A stretch of 64,000 nt of DNA from Eukaryota sp. TZLM1-RC (lineage: Eukaryota > Protista > Metamonada: BaSk clade): assembly GCA_040285825.1 (NCBI GenBank), contig JAUPSS010000004.1:1364001-1428000 (forward strand), in the 5' to 3' direction. The notes under the pieces were generated by a model. It saw only the letters and a list, made by a program, of their open reading frames with translations. It made no database searches and was not told the DNA's origin. Both the position numbers and the translations under genes were made by a program. Below, piece by piece: positions 1 through 11,997 of this stretch. Every line of letters starts with the position of its first letter. Within the stretch, counting starts at the first letter, position 1.

Positions 1-299
1 TTGGTCTACTTATCATACTATGTGAGACACGTATGCTCACCAAGATTGGACTTCGTGCGGTTCTTGAAAACCTCAAGATACTTCAAAGTTCGCGAGGACG
101 TGCTTTGTTCTACATATTTGCTGGTACACTTGCCTTAGGTTTGCCCAATTCGGAATTATTTACTTTAGATGGAAAAGGTTTGGACTTGGTAGCTGGGATT
201 TGGATAATTGTTGCTGGTTTTTTGCGATTTTTTTCAAATGAAAAATTTGGTGATGATAAGGAGAGAGTAGTGACCATTGGAATTGAGCAACAGGTATAG
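1..299 (+). CDS. COPI-associated (Tvp15-like) Golgi membrane protein, C-terminal part; 5' end probably outside the window
   Basis: Hydrophobic ORF with 'RGRALFYIFAGTLAL', matching the GRxxFYxFxG motif of the COPI_assoc family; ends TAG at 299. Confidence 0.65.
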   Translation, partial: GLLIILCETRMLTKIGLRAVLENLKILQSSRGRALFYIFAGTLALGLPNSELFTLDGKGLDLVAGIWIIVAGFLRFFSNEKFGDDKERVVTIGIEQQV

Positions 300-892
300 T
301 TACCACGTCATTATGAGTCATTGCATTATTGGTGTGAAGAACTAAAAGGTTTAGTATTGTATATTATAATAACTTGTAGATTTACAATTGAAACGACCAT
401 GAATAGAGCTCAATGTGTTATACACCATTGAAGGAAGAGAGTTATTGTTGCAATCTCGCACAAAGCAGCTTTGCAACAATAAGCAGAGTATCTCAAACCT
501 AAAGCCAAAACCAAGTCAGAAAATCTTCATAGCTCAACCATATGGACACTTATTTCAGCAGTAGAATGTAGACAATTTGCTGATTATATCTGGTGAGTTC
601 AAGATGCGTAATTTGTCACAATTATTGACCTTGGTTGAAGATTACAATCAAACTGATGATTTCAATACAACATGACAAGACTCTGCATTAGGTGTTCTTC
701 ATTAATCATTATGGACTAATAACAGTGGTAATCATTTTATTGATATATTTTTTGAAAAATAATAATTAATTAATGTTGGCGAAGTTGAAGGGGTTGTAGA
801 ATTGACAAATAAACAGAGTCAAAGAAACGACCTAAAAAAGAGACTTTATAGCAATAAATTACGGATATTTACAAAAAAACTAAATAACCAAA

Positions 893-1651
893 CTATAAAC
901 AATTCTCGAAAGCTTCCCTGGTTAAATCAGGATACAAAACAAAAGGATTAATACTGTCTTGGACATACTGAATCCTTTCGTTACGGAGCTTTTCACCTCT
1001 AAGAGGAGGGAACTGATGATGCCAAGCTAACAAAAGTTTCACGTCGGCTACTTGCTCAATCTTGCATGCTTCAGGATACATTGTGAAAAAGTACAAGATG
1101 GATCTAGCAAGAGGTCCCTTATGTTGGTCACGAGGAGTAAATCCACCATTGGTACCTCTGGAGTATTCCTGGATATGGGACTGAGGAACTTGTTTAGTTA
1201 CCTCAGTATCGATCATCCACTTGTCTGTCTCAGCAATAGATAGGTTTTTGAATGGAAAGTTGGACCTAATGGAGTTGAACTGGGGGTATGATGGGAACAA
1301 GTGGTGAAGATCGCTTACATAAGGATTCTTCTTTTTGAAAAAGCTTTGAGGAACTTGGGTGAGAGAGAACTAATTCATACTGGTATGTTCACAGTTAATA
1401 TTCTTAATGTCAGTACCATTGGTGGGCTTGAAGGGAAAGACTCCTCCGCCATAAACACACTCGACAGTGTTGTCAAAGTTATCAATATAATTGTACATAT
1501 ATTGACGGGCAAGCTTATAACCAAGAGTCTTGTGCTTGCTGTGGTACTTGTCCTTCAATTGTCTACGAAAATCGGAGCATGAATCTGCGACAACTAACGA
1601 TAAACATAGTGCTAGTAATGCACATTGAAGAAAAGATCTACTTAACCGCAT
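893..1651 (-). CDS. Secreted endonuclease I (EndA-like DNase), 2 exons; intron 1354-1380 (27 nt)
   Basis: Signal peptide MRLSRSFLQCALLALCLSLVVA. Removing GTATGAATTAGTTCTCTCTCACCCAAG joins ORFs 1370-1705 and 893-1300 in frame, giving NCEHTIPQSFF..SDLHHLFP..NSIRSNFPF..KGPLARSILYF..W..FPP..E..RN..NPFV, the Endonuclease_1 motifs. Confidence 0.88.
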
Positions 1652-2439
1652 GATATGAAAGGGGTAAGTGATAAGAATCCATTTCAAACAAACTGGACCA
1701 TTCAAGAAGATTCTGCAAGAAATTCACGTCTTTTGACATTGATTTCTCATTTATACTTATATCAGATTTTCAATTCAGCAATGTGAGCTCAAATGTTGCT
1801 ATGAATTCGAAATTCTGGATTTAAAATATTTATGAAAATCACTGCAAAATTGTTGACATTATGGATTAAGTCTAACTTAAGGATGATTACCCCCTATAGG
1901 TTTAATGCATTTAATCTTGGTTCTTATAATTTCTGTCTATAGCCTTTGAGAACAGCCATTGTGTTCAAAATTGTTGTGCATAAGTAACCTTTCAGTCTTG
2001 ATGAAAGTAATTTTATTTAATGTTCACAAATCAGGTTTTCTTTTGGAAAATAGTTTTGTCCTTTTCCAAGAATTCAGTAAACAAATATACTCAACCAAAA
2101 ACAAAAGTCAACCACTGTTCAATTAATTGTGCTAAAAGACTTGTAGAGCCTGAGTTTCAACAATTTTGCAGTTAACAGTACAATTTTCATGCTTGAAACT
2201 GATAAAGAGAATTAAATTTAAGAAACTAAAAGGGCTGGACCAGAAAGAGACTTTTCACTTTACTCTTTGTAAGTCTCTGGTAGCTTCATGCTTAAGATAA
2301 GCTTGTTCAATGAAGATTTCAATAGCTGGTGAAATCATCATCAACAATCATTTGGGGGGTTATTGGGTCATCAAATCAATACTAATGGGAAATAAAGGTC
2401 TTGTATACATGAATCTGATCAAAAAATCTGTTACACTTA

Positions 2440-2810
2440 AGATCAATGGGTAAAAATCCAGTTGTTGCAAACTTTTTGATTGATCTCAAAGACAGTAGCT
2501 CAAGTTGGTTAATCTCCCAAGTTCCGGACATTTATGATCTTAAAATCAATAATCATCAATGGATTACTGCACTGAGAATGACATTTATTTATGGCCTTAA
2601 TCGTTACTGATTGATTTAATTTGTCGCTGTAAAAACGTGGTTGCGTCTTCCAATATTTTGGACTGTGAATATCTATAGTATAGTATTCAATGGTTCGTGA
2701 TCAATTAAATTCTAATTGTAAAATTTCCGTACTGAGTCCTATATTGAATCGTTTGTACGAAAGCTTTCTGCAGATCAGACTAACGACTCTTTTTGTAAAA
2801 GAGGCAAAAG
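2440..2810 (+). mobile_element. Highly decayed RLE non-LTR retrotransposon fragment
   Basis: Nucleotide similarity to the element at 62000-62340 (gcaaactttttgattgatctcaa..catcaatggattactgc..tgtcgctgt); many stops. Confidence 0.5.
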
Positions 2811-2912
2811 AAACCAATATGGTAAGCATGAAATTCTGCAAAAATCAGCGCTTTTCCGTTTTCTCTTGACCTAACCCACTTCTCTTTCAAGCTGTATCAT
2901 TTCCCACCTATA

Positions 2913-3061
2913 TTGAAACAATAAATCGATTTTATAACTTTATTACTATTAAAATGTATTTATTGGGTTTAAAACAATAATACTACTTGAAACAATAAAT
3001 CGATTTTGTAATTTTATTACCATTAAAATGTATTTATTGGGTTTAAAACATTAATTACTTG
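2913..3061. repeat. Tandem duplication, 2 x about 74 bp, AT-rich
   Basis: ttgaaacaataaatcgatttt..ttattgggtttaaaaca occurs at 2913 and 2987. Confidence 0.85.
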
Positions 3062-3119
3062 TGTATGCATCACCTAATTATTTGTTACATTTAAACTGAT
3101 TATAAATCTATAATTCCAT

Positions 3120-3345
3120 CTAGAATTCGATATCCTCCAAACAAGCATCACTATTACTAAACCTACTCGCGGCATTTCTTTCATGTTCTTCACCGGAAGC
3201 TAAAAGTGCCCTAGAAATCATTGTAGGAACAGACTTGAAAATGCAAAAAACAATTCTATTTAACCAGAAAGTGGAATTCATTTGTTTACGAGATCCTGAG
3301 TATGCTTCACCTATTGATTTTTGATATTGATTTAAAATCATTATA
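3120..3345 (-). mobile_element. 3' end fragment of a CRE-like RLE retrotransposon ('DACLEDIEF' family)
   Basis: FWLNRIVFCIFKSVP..DACLEDIEF is homologous to the C-terminus at 12525 (FWHNRIVF..DACIEDIEF). Confidence 0.75.
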
Positions 3346-3795
3346 AATCGACATCTCAATCAACCATCTCACCTTCAACAAAACGTTCAGATGCTACACT
3401 CTCATGGGTACAATTGAGAAAACACACTTCTTAATGAAAGAATAAACAAAAAAATAAAGATAAATAAATAAAAGAGAATAATTAAGATGGTATTAGCTTG
3501 ATTTCTGGAGTGCAAAACGCCGCTGTGAACAAAAAAAACCTTTTCTAGGTTGAGTGGAAAAAATTGAGTTATAAATGGAATCAAAAGATGAGTTATAACG
3601 AGATCACATATTGTATCATATTGTCTGTTTTTAAACCCAAATAGCAATAAATTTTTAAAATGTTATAAAGAGAATTTTATGATAGAAAATAATGAAAGAA
3701 AAAGAAAAATATTCAAAAATAGAAGCATAAAGAGCAAAAATATCAATATAAAGTTGAAAAACGAATTAATTAGTTATATTAAAAGGCACAAAAAA

Positions 3796-5473
3796 TCATG
3801 AATCGCCACCAAAAACAATTTTACAACAAAGCAACCTTACTTCATTTATAACTGCTCCCAATTGTGGGTCATAATCACTTGTATCAATGACGTCATCAAG
3901 GTCAGAATTCAATCCACAAGCACATTTCATAAAAATCGAGTAAAATGGTCTGAAAACAAGTCTATTTTCGGCAACCTGGAGTAACTGTATTATTATATTC
4001 ATTGCAATCCTAGTACTTTGAGGTACAATTGTGGGGGAATCTAAAACTTCAACCAAACATTGGACAACATTACCAGTGCAAACAGAAATTTTAGAAGAAA
4101 TTCCAAAAATAGAAAAGTAATAAATTATTGATAATAAAGATAAATGTAACCTTGTAAATAATGGAAAATTTGGTGGTATTGGCTTATTTAAATTAAAAAG
4201 AATAGAGTGACAATAAGTTAAGCATTTGGAGACTGCTGGTACTAATAATTTTGCTGATAAAAATAACTTATCTTCATTTAATGGGTTCAAAAATAGACCA
4301 AAAAGACACGTGGCACTTGCTAACGTGATCGTGACGTTGGATGACGTCAGCAGTTGGGTCAAGGGTTTCAAAAATGGGGTCAGATCAAGTTGACTTATTC
4401 CAGGTTGATCTTTTTCAAAATTTAAAGGGGTTATTGACAAATAGGGACACATTGCAGCAAAGAATTCTAGAGAAGTCAAGAATATGACGTGATCAATTTG
4501 ATCTGATGACGTGTGCATTTCTAGAATAGTGCAGCTCAATTCTGGAAATTCTGGCCTTTCAGCGAAATATTTAGCATTTTCCTCAGATTGTGCCAAATTT
4601 CGAAGGATTAACAAACATTTATAAGACAAATCAAAATCAAAATGATTGACTTTGATTGATTGCTTCCAGTTATTAACTGCCACTTTAGCAATCCTTAACA
4701 CTCTGCTCAAAATCATTGGAAATCTAGGTGGAAAAAAGGAGACTGCCGAATCAGATGTTAATCGTAAAAGGTTATTTACCCCCTTCCTAATCAAAACATC
4801 ATCATGACAGTCAAGCCAACAAATAATCTTGTACAAACTTGAGTCCTCATCTTCGTACATTTGAAGTTCAATGTCATCTACGGGAGTGTAATCATACCTG
4901 AACAACGGTCTGGAGGTAATCTCTTCTAATTGGAGATCAAAATGCACGGTGGGGAGGACTAACTCAGGTTGTGGCTGAACAGGGGGTGGAGCAGGAGTGA
5001 GAGGGGGTTCATGGGCAAATCCTTCCTCAAGAGAGCCACCCCAATAGTGTACTATTTCGTATGCGTAGAGGAAGTTTTCGTAATGCTGAAATTAGATCAA
5101 GAATGCTTCAATATACCTTTTTGAGTAGGTAACCAGAGTTTGTAGAGGTTTCTGGTATTCCAATGGATTCAGCTACCTGACGGAATGAGCGGGATTTAGC
5201 AACAGCTTCCATGCCACCACGGAATGTGACGTTGCGGTAAAGTTGGAAGAGATCAACTTCTACGTGTCCAAGAGAAGGAATGCGTATGGTTACGTCCCGC
5301 TGTTTGTTAAATGATATGATGTTTTCAAAGAAAGTTTCTCTCTCAGTTTCAAGGATTTGATGAGGTAAGACAGGGGCTACTTGAGGAGGAGGCCCCCTAG
5401 CAGCATACATTCCAGGGTATGTGGAATGAGGTATACATTTACAAGGACATCGTCCATTAGGATGTGCATACAT
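3796..5473 (-). CDS. ARID-domain protein with C-terminal ARM-like helical region (SWI/SNF ARID-subunit-like); intron 5086-5116 (31 nt); 548 aa
   Basis: ARID signature VDLFQLYRNVTFRGGMEAV..VAESIG..GYLLKK|HYENFLYAYE is restored by splicing GTATAT..CTAATTTCAG; exons of 357 and 1290 nt keep frame. Confidence 0.88.
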
Positions 5474-5499
5474 TTTTGATTTAAAAGTTTGGATTTGAT

Positions 5500-5940
5500 A
5501 ATCTATAAGACTTTCACACTTAACAAAATAGACTCATAACCATTGGAACGGAATTCATTGAACCAAGATTTCCTCTACAGCATCCTGATCTACTTGCTCT
5601 CTCGCTAAAGCTTCTCTAATACGTTTGAAAAACCAAGGTAATGAATTAATTATTTCGAATAGAATTTTTGCCTACAACAATGACACTATTTGTTTGATTT
5701 CAAACTGGCACACTTTAGGGTAAGTTTATTACAATAAGCGCTCAAGTATAAAAAACAATGAAAACATGTCGAAATTATGACAAAGATATTGAAGAAGTTA
5801 TAGCTGATAGAAATAGACCACTTGTATTCATTTGTTGTACATTTTCCATAAACGGAAGACCATCAGTAGAAGCAGGAAAATCTTTGAATGATTTTCAAAA
5901 ATTGGTTCAATAAAAATTAATGAAAATTTGAAACATTTTT
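5500..5940. mobile_element. Decayed RLE retrotransposon ('VEEILV' family) 3' end with an internally inverted 5' part
   Basis: About 5540-5676 resembles 29117-29240 in the same orientation; about 5677-5940 resembles the adjacent 29240-29490 in opposite orientation. Confidence 0.6.
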
Positions 5941-5949
5941 TTAATTATC

Positions 5950-6250
5950 AATTTTATTAAAAACCTATAAATCAACATCTAAACAATCAATCTCTCCCAA
6001 AACAAAAACAGTAGATGCAACTCTTTCATAGTGAGATCCAAGAGAGAGCAAAGCATCAGAAACCATCTTCAACATCCCCTTAAAAATAGAAAACACAATT
6101 CTACTTTGCCAAAAAAAATTGTTGAAGTTTCTGTTAGTTCTTCTCTTTACAATCATTTCAAAATCTGCCAAAAACGTATAGCCGTAAGAGCAATTGAACG
6201 AAATAGAGAAAATACAAATGGATACGAATTAAATTTTGCATACTGTTGAC
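5950..6250 (-). mobile_element. 3' end fragment, RLE family A ('DVDL')
   Basis: FWQSRIVFSIFKGMLKMVSDALLSLGSHYERVAS..DVDL is near-identical to the 31269-32120 C-terminus. Confidence 0.88.
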
Positions 6251-6309
6251 ATTTGATATTATTTATTATTTATTATTTATTTAATAAACTTCTTATTTAT
6301 TTTCTCCGA

Positions 6310-6800
6310 AGAATCAAATAAAAACAAAACAAACTAAAATACATAAGAAACTAAATTCTCCACGCCAACTCTTCATGAATCCTTATAAAGTTTGGACATC
6401 ATTAAACTCAAGTATTTGGGAACACTTCTGTACAAAGCGAAAATGATACGATTCTTCCATAAATTCTCTGCAAAATTCTTACAACTTGATCGACATAAAT
6501 TACCAAAATCATTGATGAAATTCAAGGCGGATTGTCCAATGTTGCCAAAAATCGAAAAGGCAAAAGGAACAAATGAAAACTTGGAGTAAAGATTCTTATT
6601 TAAATCATTTAATATCTCAGTATATTTATCCCTCTTACGATCTTCAGCCTTGTTTAAATGACCATTAGTACTAAGTAAATCATCGCGATAACCAAAAGCA
6701 AAGGGATCAACTGTAGTGAAATCAACAACAACTTGAGAGGAATCCACAAAAGGAGCAATTAAATCACCTCGACGTGAATTAAACAGATTGTCATCACAGA
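6310..6800 (-). mobile_element. 3' fragment, RLE family D
   Basis: RRGDLI..VVVDFTTVDP..AE..K..KY..FVPFAFSIFG..WKNRIIF restriction-like endonuclease motifs; paralogous to 57080-57550. Confidence 0.82.
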
Positions 6801-8001
6801 TTATTTATTATTTATTATTTATTATTTATTATTTATTTATTATTTATTTATGGCGGTTTTGAATTCAATTTGCTATAAGTAATAGATTACCTCGGTTTTG
6901 TCGTCCAAATCAGAGAAGTCAAGATAAGATGAGAAATCCAGTGTGTCAGGATTGTGTGGAGCAAACCTTGGTTCATTATTTAGTCCCATTAGTTTTGGTG
7001 TTTATTATTCAGTGTTGTAGTTCAATTAAACATTGGAAATGATTGGAGCACAAAATTGATAAAAATTCTCGTTTTACATAAACTACCTATCCACAATGTT
7101 ACAAAGAAGTTAGAACCAGAAATATTGAAGAGTAACTACAGTCTGGAACAAGACTAGATACTCAGCCCAGAAAATGAAAGTCAACAGCAAAATCAACCCC
7201 TCCTTCAAAAATTGAGACCAGAACCTGCTATTATTGACCAACAAACATCAAAGCGTCAGCGGAAAAAAACACTAAAAAGCACTGAACTGTGAAATCTGTA
7301 TTGAGAATTCAATGTTGAATATCGAGAACAGGAAGATTTTGACAAAAAAAATCTATTGAAACCCTGTATGGTCAAAAGAATTGAGCAAAAACGTAGTGGA
7401 TTCAAGCCTGATCCATTGATCAAGTTGAAACCAAAGACAGCAAATCAAAATCTTCCCACTGTTATGTGCTATGATCTTGAAACATATCAAGATGGTCAAC
7501 TTTACCAAAATCATGATGGTCAATTTCTCCTTCCTGATAAGATCATCAACAAAAGGAGAAATGAGGGTGCAAATCTTTTGAAAAAGAACACTGATAATTA
7601 AATGGATGAGTCGATTTCAGATCAAAAAGTATTTATGATTTCGATTGCTATTGTAGGATTGACCAACACAATTTCTTTTTAAAAAGCAAATATTCGGTAT
7701 TATTGAAGATGAGTTCCCAGATTTTATCTTTATCTGAAATTCCATTACTGTTGTTTTAATTCTGGAGATTTAATTACTCTGAAATTTAATACCCTTTGGC
7801 ATTAAATTTGATCAAATTTTGTGGGCAAAATAAATTCAACCACAAGAAAAAAGTCAGTATTCTTAAGTCTGTGAAGATGGATACTTTGAATCAACCTTTA
7901 AGTATTCATATTCCACCTCGCGGAAAAACAATAAACTTTTGCACTTACAAATTTATAATCTACTATACAAATAAATACAAAATCTAAATCTAAATCTAAA
8001 T

Positions 8002-10986
8002 CTAAAAAGGAACCAAGCGAAGAGACAATGGTGTCCTAGGAGAACTTGACTTTTTTGGACTTTTCTTCCTTTTTCCACTTCTTTTTGAGCTTCTGTCCTT
8101 TCCCCTGTCAGACATAACACCTGCATCCATGGCGTGTAAAGCGACCCTCATACGTGACAAAACAAGATCACGTTCATCAGCTGAGAAATTGGTAAAAATA
8201 ATTCTATTTTCTAATTGAGATTGGATGATTTCAAGCACAATTGTGGCTAAAATAACATTATTTGAATCAAAACAAGTGTAAAAGGCTTCTTCAGAAAAAC
8301 CAACATTGTACTTTCCTAAAATAGATATCAATTTGTGATCTCCTCTCGCCACAGCAAACTCTGACAAGTCAAAATTTTCAAATTTTGGAACTCCTTCTGC
8401 TAACAAAATTTCCAAAATTTCATAATCCTGATTGTACATGGCAATAATCTGTGGTGGACAAGGAAATTTTGAGATTGCCGGAATGATCAACCATGATCTC
8501 GACTTTGAAATACATGAGCTACAGTTGAAAATTTGGTCAAACAGTGGTGATTTGTGATACACTGCCAAAGAAAGAGCCTTTTCAATAGTATAAGGGGAAG
8601 TTTTTGGATGTTGCAAAACTTTTTCTAACAATTCCAAAACTTCTGCTGGTGGAAAATCACAATAACTCGAGGTAATTACCAACACGTCCAAAACGGAAAG
8701 CTGTTGATCAAGCTCAAAATAGGGAGGACTTTCATTGACTAGTGACGTGGCAGATTTGAAAACTTCAACATGAACCAAGTCAACAGAGTGACATGTGTCA
8801 TTAACACTGAAACCGTAATCAATCAGTAAAGCTGCAGTTGAAAACATTCCACGAGTTATGGCAAGAAACAGTAATGAAACCGGTGCCAAAATTTTGTGCA
8901 TATTTGGGGGCAAATCTCTAAATGACAGGTTTAAATTTTCAACAGTTTTCATGTCGTGATCTCTTCTTTCAACGTCAGTTTGAATGATTGGTGATAGCAA
9001 CATTGAATAGAAAATGTCAAATAGCCAGAAATATCCAGATTTCCACAAATTTTGAATGTAAATGTCATCTTTTTGAACTGATGAGGTGTCACCTTCCTGT
9101 GGTGACGAGAACAGATCAAGTTTAGCCCCATTGTCTAACAATAAATTCAACATTTCAAAAGATCGAACAAAAACAAAAAGAGGTACAAACAGCTCAATTT
9201 TAACATTTAAATTTGGCCAATTTGATTGAGAAACTGAATTATATTCATTGCAAAGGTCCTTAAATTCTCTTTTACCAACATTTATTTTTTGGTTTGGATT
9301 TGCACCATTTTGAACTAAGCACTTGACCGCAGTCAGATTGTCAGTGATGATCCCTACTAGTAAAGGTTGAGCTGAGAAGAGATCAGCCCCTGCTTGGATC
9401 AAAACTTCGACGGAATTGTTGAGTGATTCTGGATCAACATTTTGTGATACGAGATTGACAAGTGGAGAAGAGATCATATTTGATTGGTAATCCACAGGTG
9501 CTCCCTTATCAAGCAAATATTTGATAATGAGCTCACATTGTTCAGGAAAAACAGCAAATTTTGAGGTAACAGACAAGAGAAGATCACCCAAGTCACGTAT
9601 AGTTAAAGATTTTCTCGAATGGTCAAACAAAATTTTGAACACTTCAAAATTTGGGTTCTTTGTACATGATGCCAATAGTGGAAAAATATATTGAAATTGG
9701 TCTACATTATGAACTTTCAAAGCATCTCCACCCATATCGACCAAAATTTGAACAATTTTGACACTAGTTGAGTTACATACAGCATGTAATAGTGGAGTTG
9801 AGGAGTAACCAGGATAATCGAAGAAACAATCAATTATTGGCTCAAATTTGGAAGCAATAGTCAAGAAGAGATCAATATCAATATCTTCATCAATCATTTT
9901 ATGAAATATTGGCAACTCGTCAATGACACTAAACAAATAATGACACGTATCAACAGTTGTCTCCTGACAGGAAAAGCTCAAAGAAGAGCTCAGTATAGAT
10001 ACACAGGTCCATTTAGACTTATCTATGGCATAAGCCAGTGGTGAAATTTTGCTTCTTGATCTGCTTAAATGGTGGTTAAATGATGAAGAGAGATTTGTAT
10101 CAATCGTTGATTTGATTGGAGAGCTCTTCTTGTCAGATGACGTCACGCTGGCACTCCTACACGATTTAAACTTTGGACTTGGTTTCGTTGAAGATATACT
10201 ACTTCTCCTACTACTGGGACTCGAGTTAGGATTAGGATTAGGGTTAGGGTTAGGGTTTGATACCTCCAAACCTCCGTCCAATTCTAACAAACACGTAGCT
10301 ATAACAGGTTTATCCAAATCAATTGCCATTAACAAAGGAGCGGGAACCTGAACAGACCAGTGTAAATCAGCTCCATACTGGTATAACAAAGCCAGCAACG
10401 CACTAGTGGCTTGATCATCTTTGAAGTTCTGAATCAAGGTGTGGAGAGGTGTGAAACCATTATTATCAAGGACGTTGACAGAAGCTCTATTGGATAGGAG
10501 GTATCGTGCTAGGGTAAGGTTATCGTCAGGGTTAGGAAGAGGGTACATGGCGAGGTGAAGCGGGGTAAGGCCGTGATCTGAGGTGTAGACATCGGTGGAG
10601 ACGTTGTGGGAGAGGAGAAAGTTGGTGATGAAGGGATGGTTGTGTTGGACTGAGAGGTGGAGAGGGGTCAGGTTAGTGGGGGTGGGTGAAGAGAGGGAGG
10701 CACCATGGGAGTGAAGGAGTTGCAGTATAGAGAGATCGCCACGGATTGTAGCATAGTGAATGGGAAGGAGACCAGATTTGGTTGGGTAGTTTACGTTGCA
10801 ACCATTATTGATGAGGTAGGTGATAGTCTTCTGGGAAGCCTCTGAAACAGCACAGTGAAGCGGAGTGAGACCGTCAGAATCGAGGGGAAAGTCGGCATAA
10901 CCAAAGATATTAAGGCAGCGACTGACTTCTGCGAGATCATCATCCGCAAGAGCTATGAGAAACTCTTCGATAAGACTTGGTGTCAT
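8002..10986 (-). CDS. Large ankyrin-repeat protein (start assumed at ATG 10986; frame open to 11118)
   Basis: Repeated GLTPLH/TPLH ankyrin motifs; about 1000 codons uninterrupted; (NP)n/Ser-rich linker; basic C-terminal tail. Confidence 0.9.
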   Translation of the reverse strand: MTPSLIEEFLIALADDDLAEVSRCLNIFGYADFPLDSDGLTPLHCAVSEASQKTITYLINNGCNVNYPTKSGLLPIHYATIRGDLSILQLLHSHGASLSSPTPTNLTPLHLSVQHNHPFITNFLLSHNVSTDVYTSDHGLTPLHLAMYPLPNPDDNLTLARYLLSNRASVNVLDNNGFTPLHTLIQNFKDDQATSALLALLYQYGADLHWSVQVPAPLLMAIDLDKPVIATCLLELDGGLEVSNPNPNPNPNPNSSPSSRRSSISSTKPSPKFKSCRSASVTSSDKKSSPIKSTIDTNLSSSFNHHLSRSRSKISPLAYAIDKSKWTCVSILSSSLSFSCQETTVDTCHYLFSVIDELPIFHKMIDEDIDIDLFLTIASKFEPIIDCFFDYPGYSSTPLLHAVCNSTSVKIVQILVDMGGDALKVHNVDQFQYIFPLLASCTKNPNFEVFKILFDHSRKSLTIRDLGDLLLSVTSKFAVFPEQCELIIKYLLDKGAPVDYQSNMISSPLVNLVSQNVDPESLNNSVEVLIQAGADLFSAQPLLVGIITDNLTAVKCLVQNGANPNQKINVGKREFKDLCNEYNSVSQSNWPNLNVKIELFVPLFVFVRSFEMLNLLLDNGAKLDLFSSPQEGDTSSVQKDDIYIQNLWKSGYFWLFDIFYSMLLSPIIQTDVERRDHDMKTVENLNLSFRDLPPNMHKILAPVSLLFLAITRGMFSTAALLIDYGFSVNDTCHSVDLVHVEVFKSATSLVNESPPYFELDQQLSVLDVLVITSSYCDFPPAEVLELLEKVLQHPKTSPYTIEKALSLAVYHKSPLFDQIFNCSSCISKSRSWLIIPAISKFPCPPQIIAMYNQDYEILEILLAEGVPKFENFDLSEFAVARGDHKLISILGKYNVGFSEEAFYTCFDSNNVILATIVLEIIQSQLENRIIFTNFSADERDLVLSRMRVALHAMDAGVMSDRGKDRSSKRSGKRKKSPKKSSSPRTPLSLRLVPF

Positions 10987-11874
10987 GTGAAAGGGCAGAG
11001 TTGAAGTAACCTGAATTAGCAACTTTTCCAACGTGACATTTCCAGTTTTTAAACTGAAATTTACTGACTGGAATGTGATCTGATCAATAGACACCTCGAG
11101 AATTTGAGCCAAACACACACCGACAGTACTTTATGGAAGAACGTTTGCACGTGTTGCAATAATGAAGCAAGAACAGTTCCAGTAACAAAGATCATTGAAT
11201 CAATTTCAACTATCTCAACCTCTTCCTACAGTTTACATCTTGTATATTTTCGGTATACTTACGTCATCCATTTTATCGTCATCCACCTGATCATAAATAG
11301 TTGTATTATTTGAGTAGTTTGTTGGTCAATGGGGAATAAGATTATTCTAGAAATTTTTGCAAAACTTTTTCAAACAAAATATGGTTGATAATTGAGTTTG
11401 GAGACCGACTATATTTTTCCACTCTTTGTTGAGTATAATATATAGAAAATGAACATGGTCGAAGCCCTGTCAAATTAGAATTCTTTTTAACCTGTTGAAT
11501 TAAATTCTACTGCTCGGCAGTGGAACAGAAAAGGAGTCAGAAGAACTACAATTTCAATCCAATTTCCCACGCCATGGACTGCTACACTGTCAAAACAGTG
11601 AATGTGGCGTCTATTGATGTTAACATGTCCTGGTTTCTTTTTGTATAATATAATGAACATTTATATTGAATTGTTTATAGTGTGTTGTGGTCTTGGAACA
11701 TGAACATAGAAATTGGATTAATTTTATGAATGGGGGTGAAAGAAATCAAATAAAATACAAATAAGCTGAAACAAATTAAATAAATGATGATGAGAGACTG
11801 TCCTGTAGTGGGAGGTTACGTTCAGCTACGCATAACATATATTCATATCTATGTCTTATTTGATAAATATATTT

Positions 11875-11997
11875 TTTTACAAAATTTTAATTTTATTCAA
11901 AACCTATAAATCAACATCTAAAAAATCCATCTCTCCCAGAACAAAAACACTAGATGCAACTCTCTCATAGTGAGATCCAAGAGAAAGCAAAGCATCA
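11875..11997 (-). mobile_element. Short 3' end of RLE family A
   Basis: Reverse complement of about 32027-32140 (ctataaatcaacatctaaaaaatccatctctcccag..gcaaagcatca). Confidence 0.85.

Noticed and set aside
1300-1380. Stop-codon readthrough or alternative genetic code in split ORFs (endonuclease, racemase, Rab23)
   Set aside because: Each internal stop lies inside a GT-AG mini-intron whose removal restores conserved motifs; TAA and TAG end normal genes.
10220-10263. GTATCA...CTAACTCGAG as an intron in the ankyrin gene
   Set aside because: It is 44 nt, so splicing would frameshift an otherwise uninterrupted ~1000-codon ORF.
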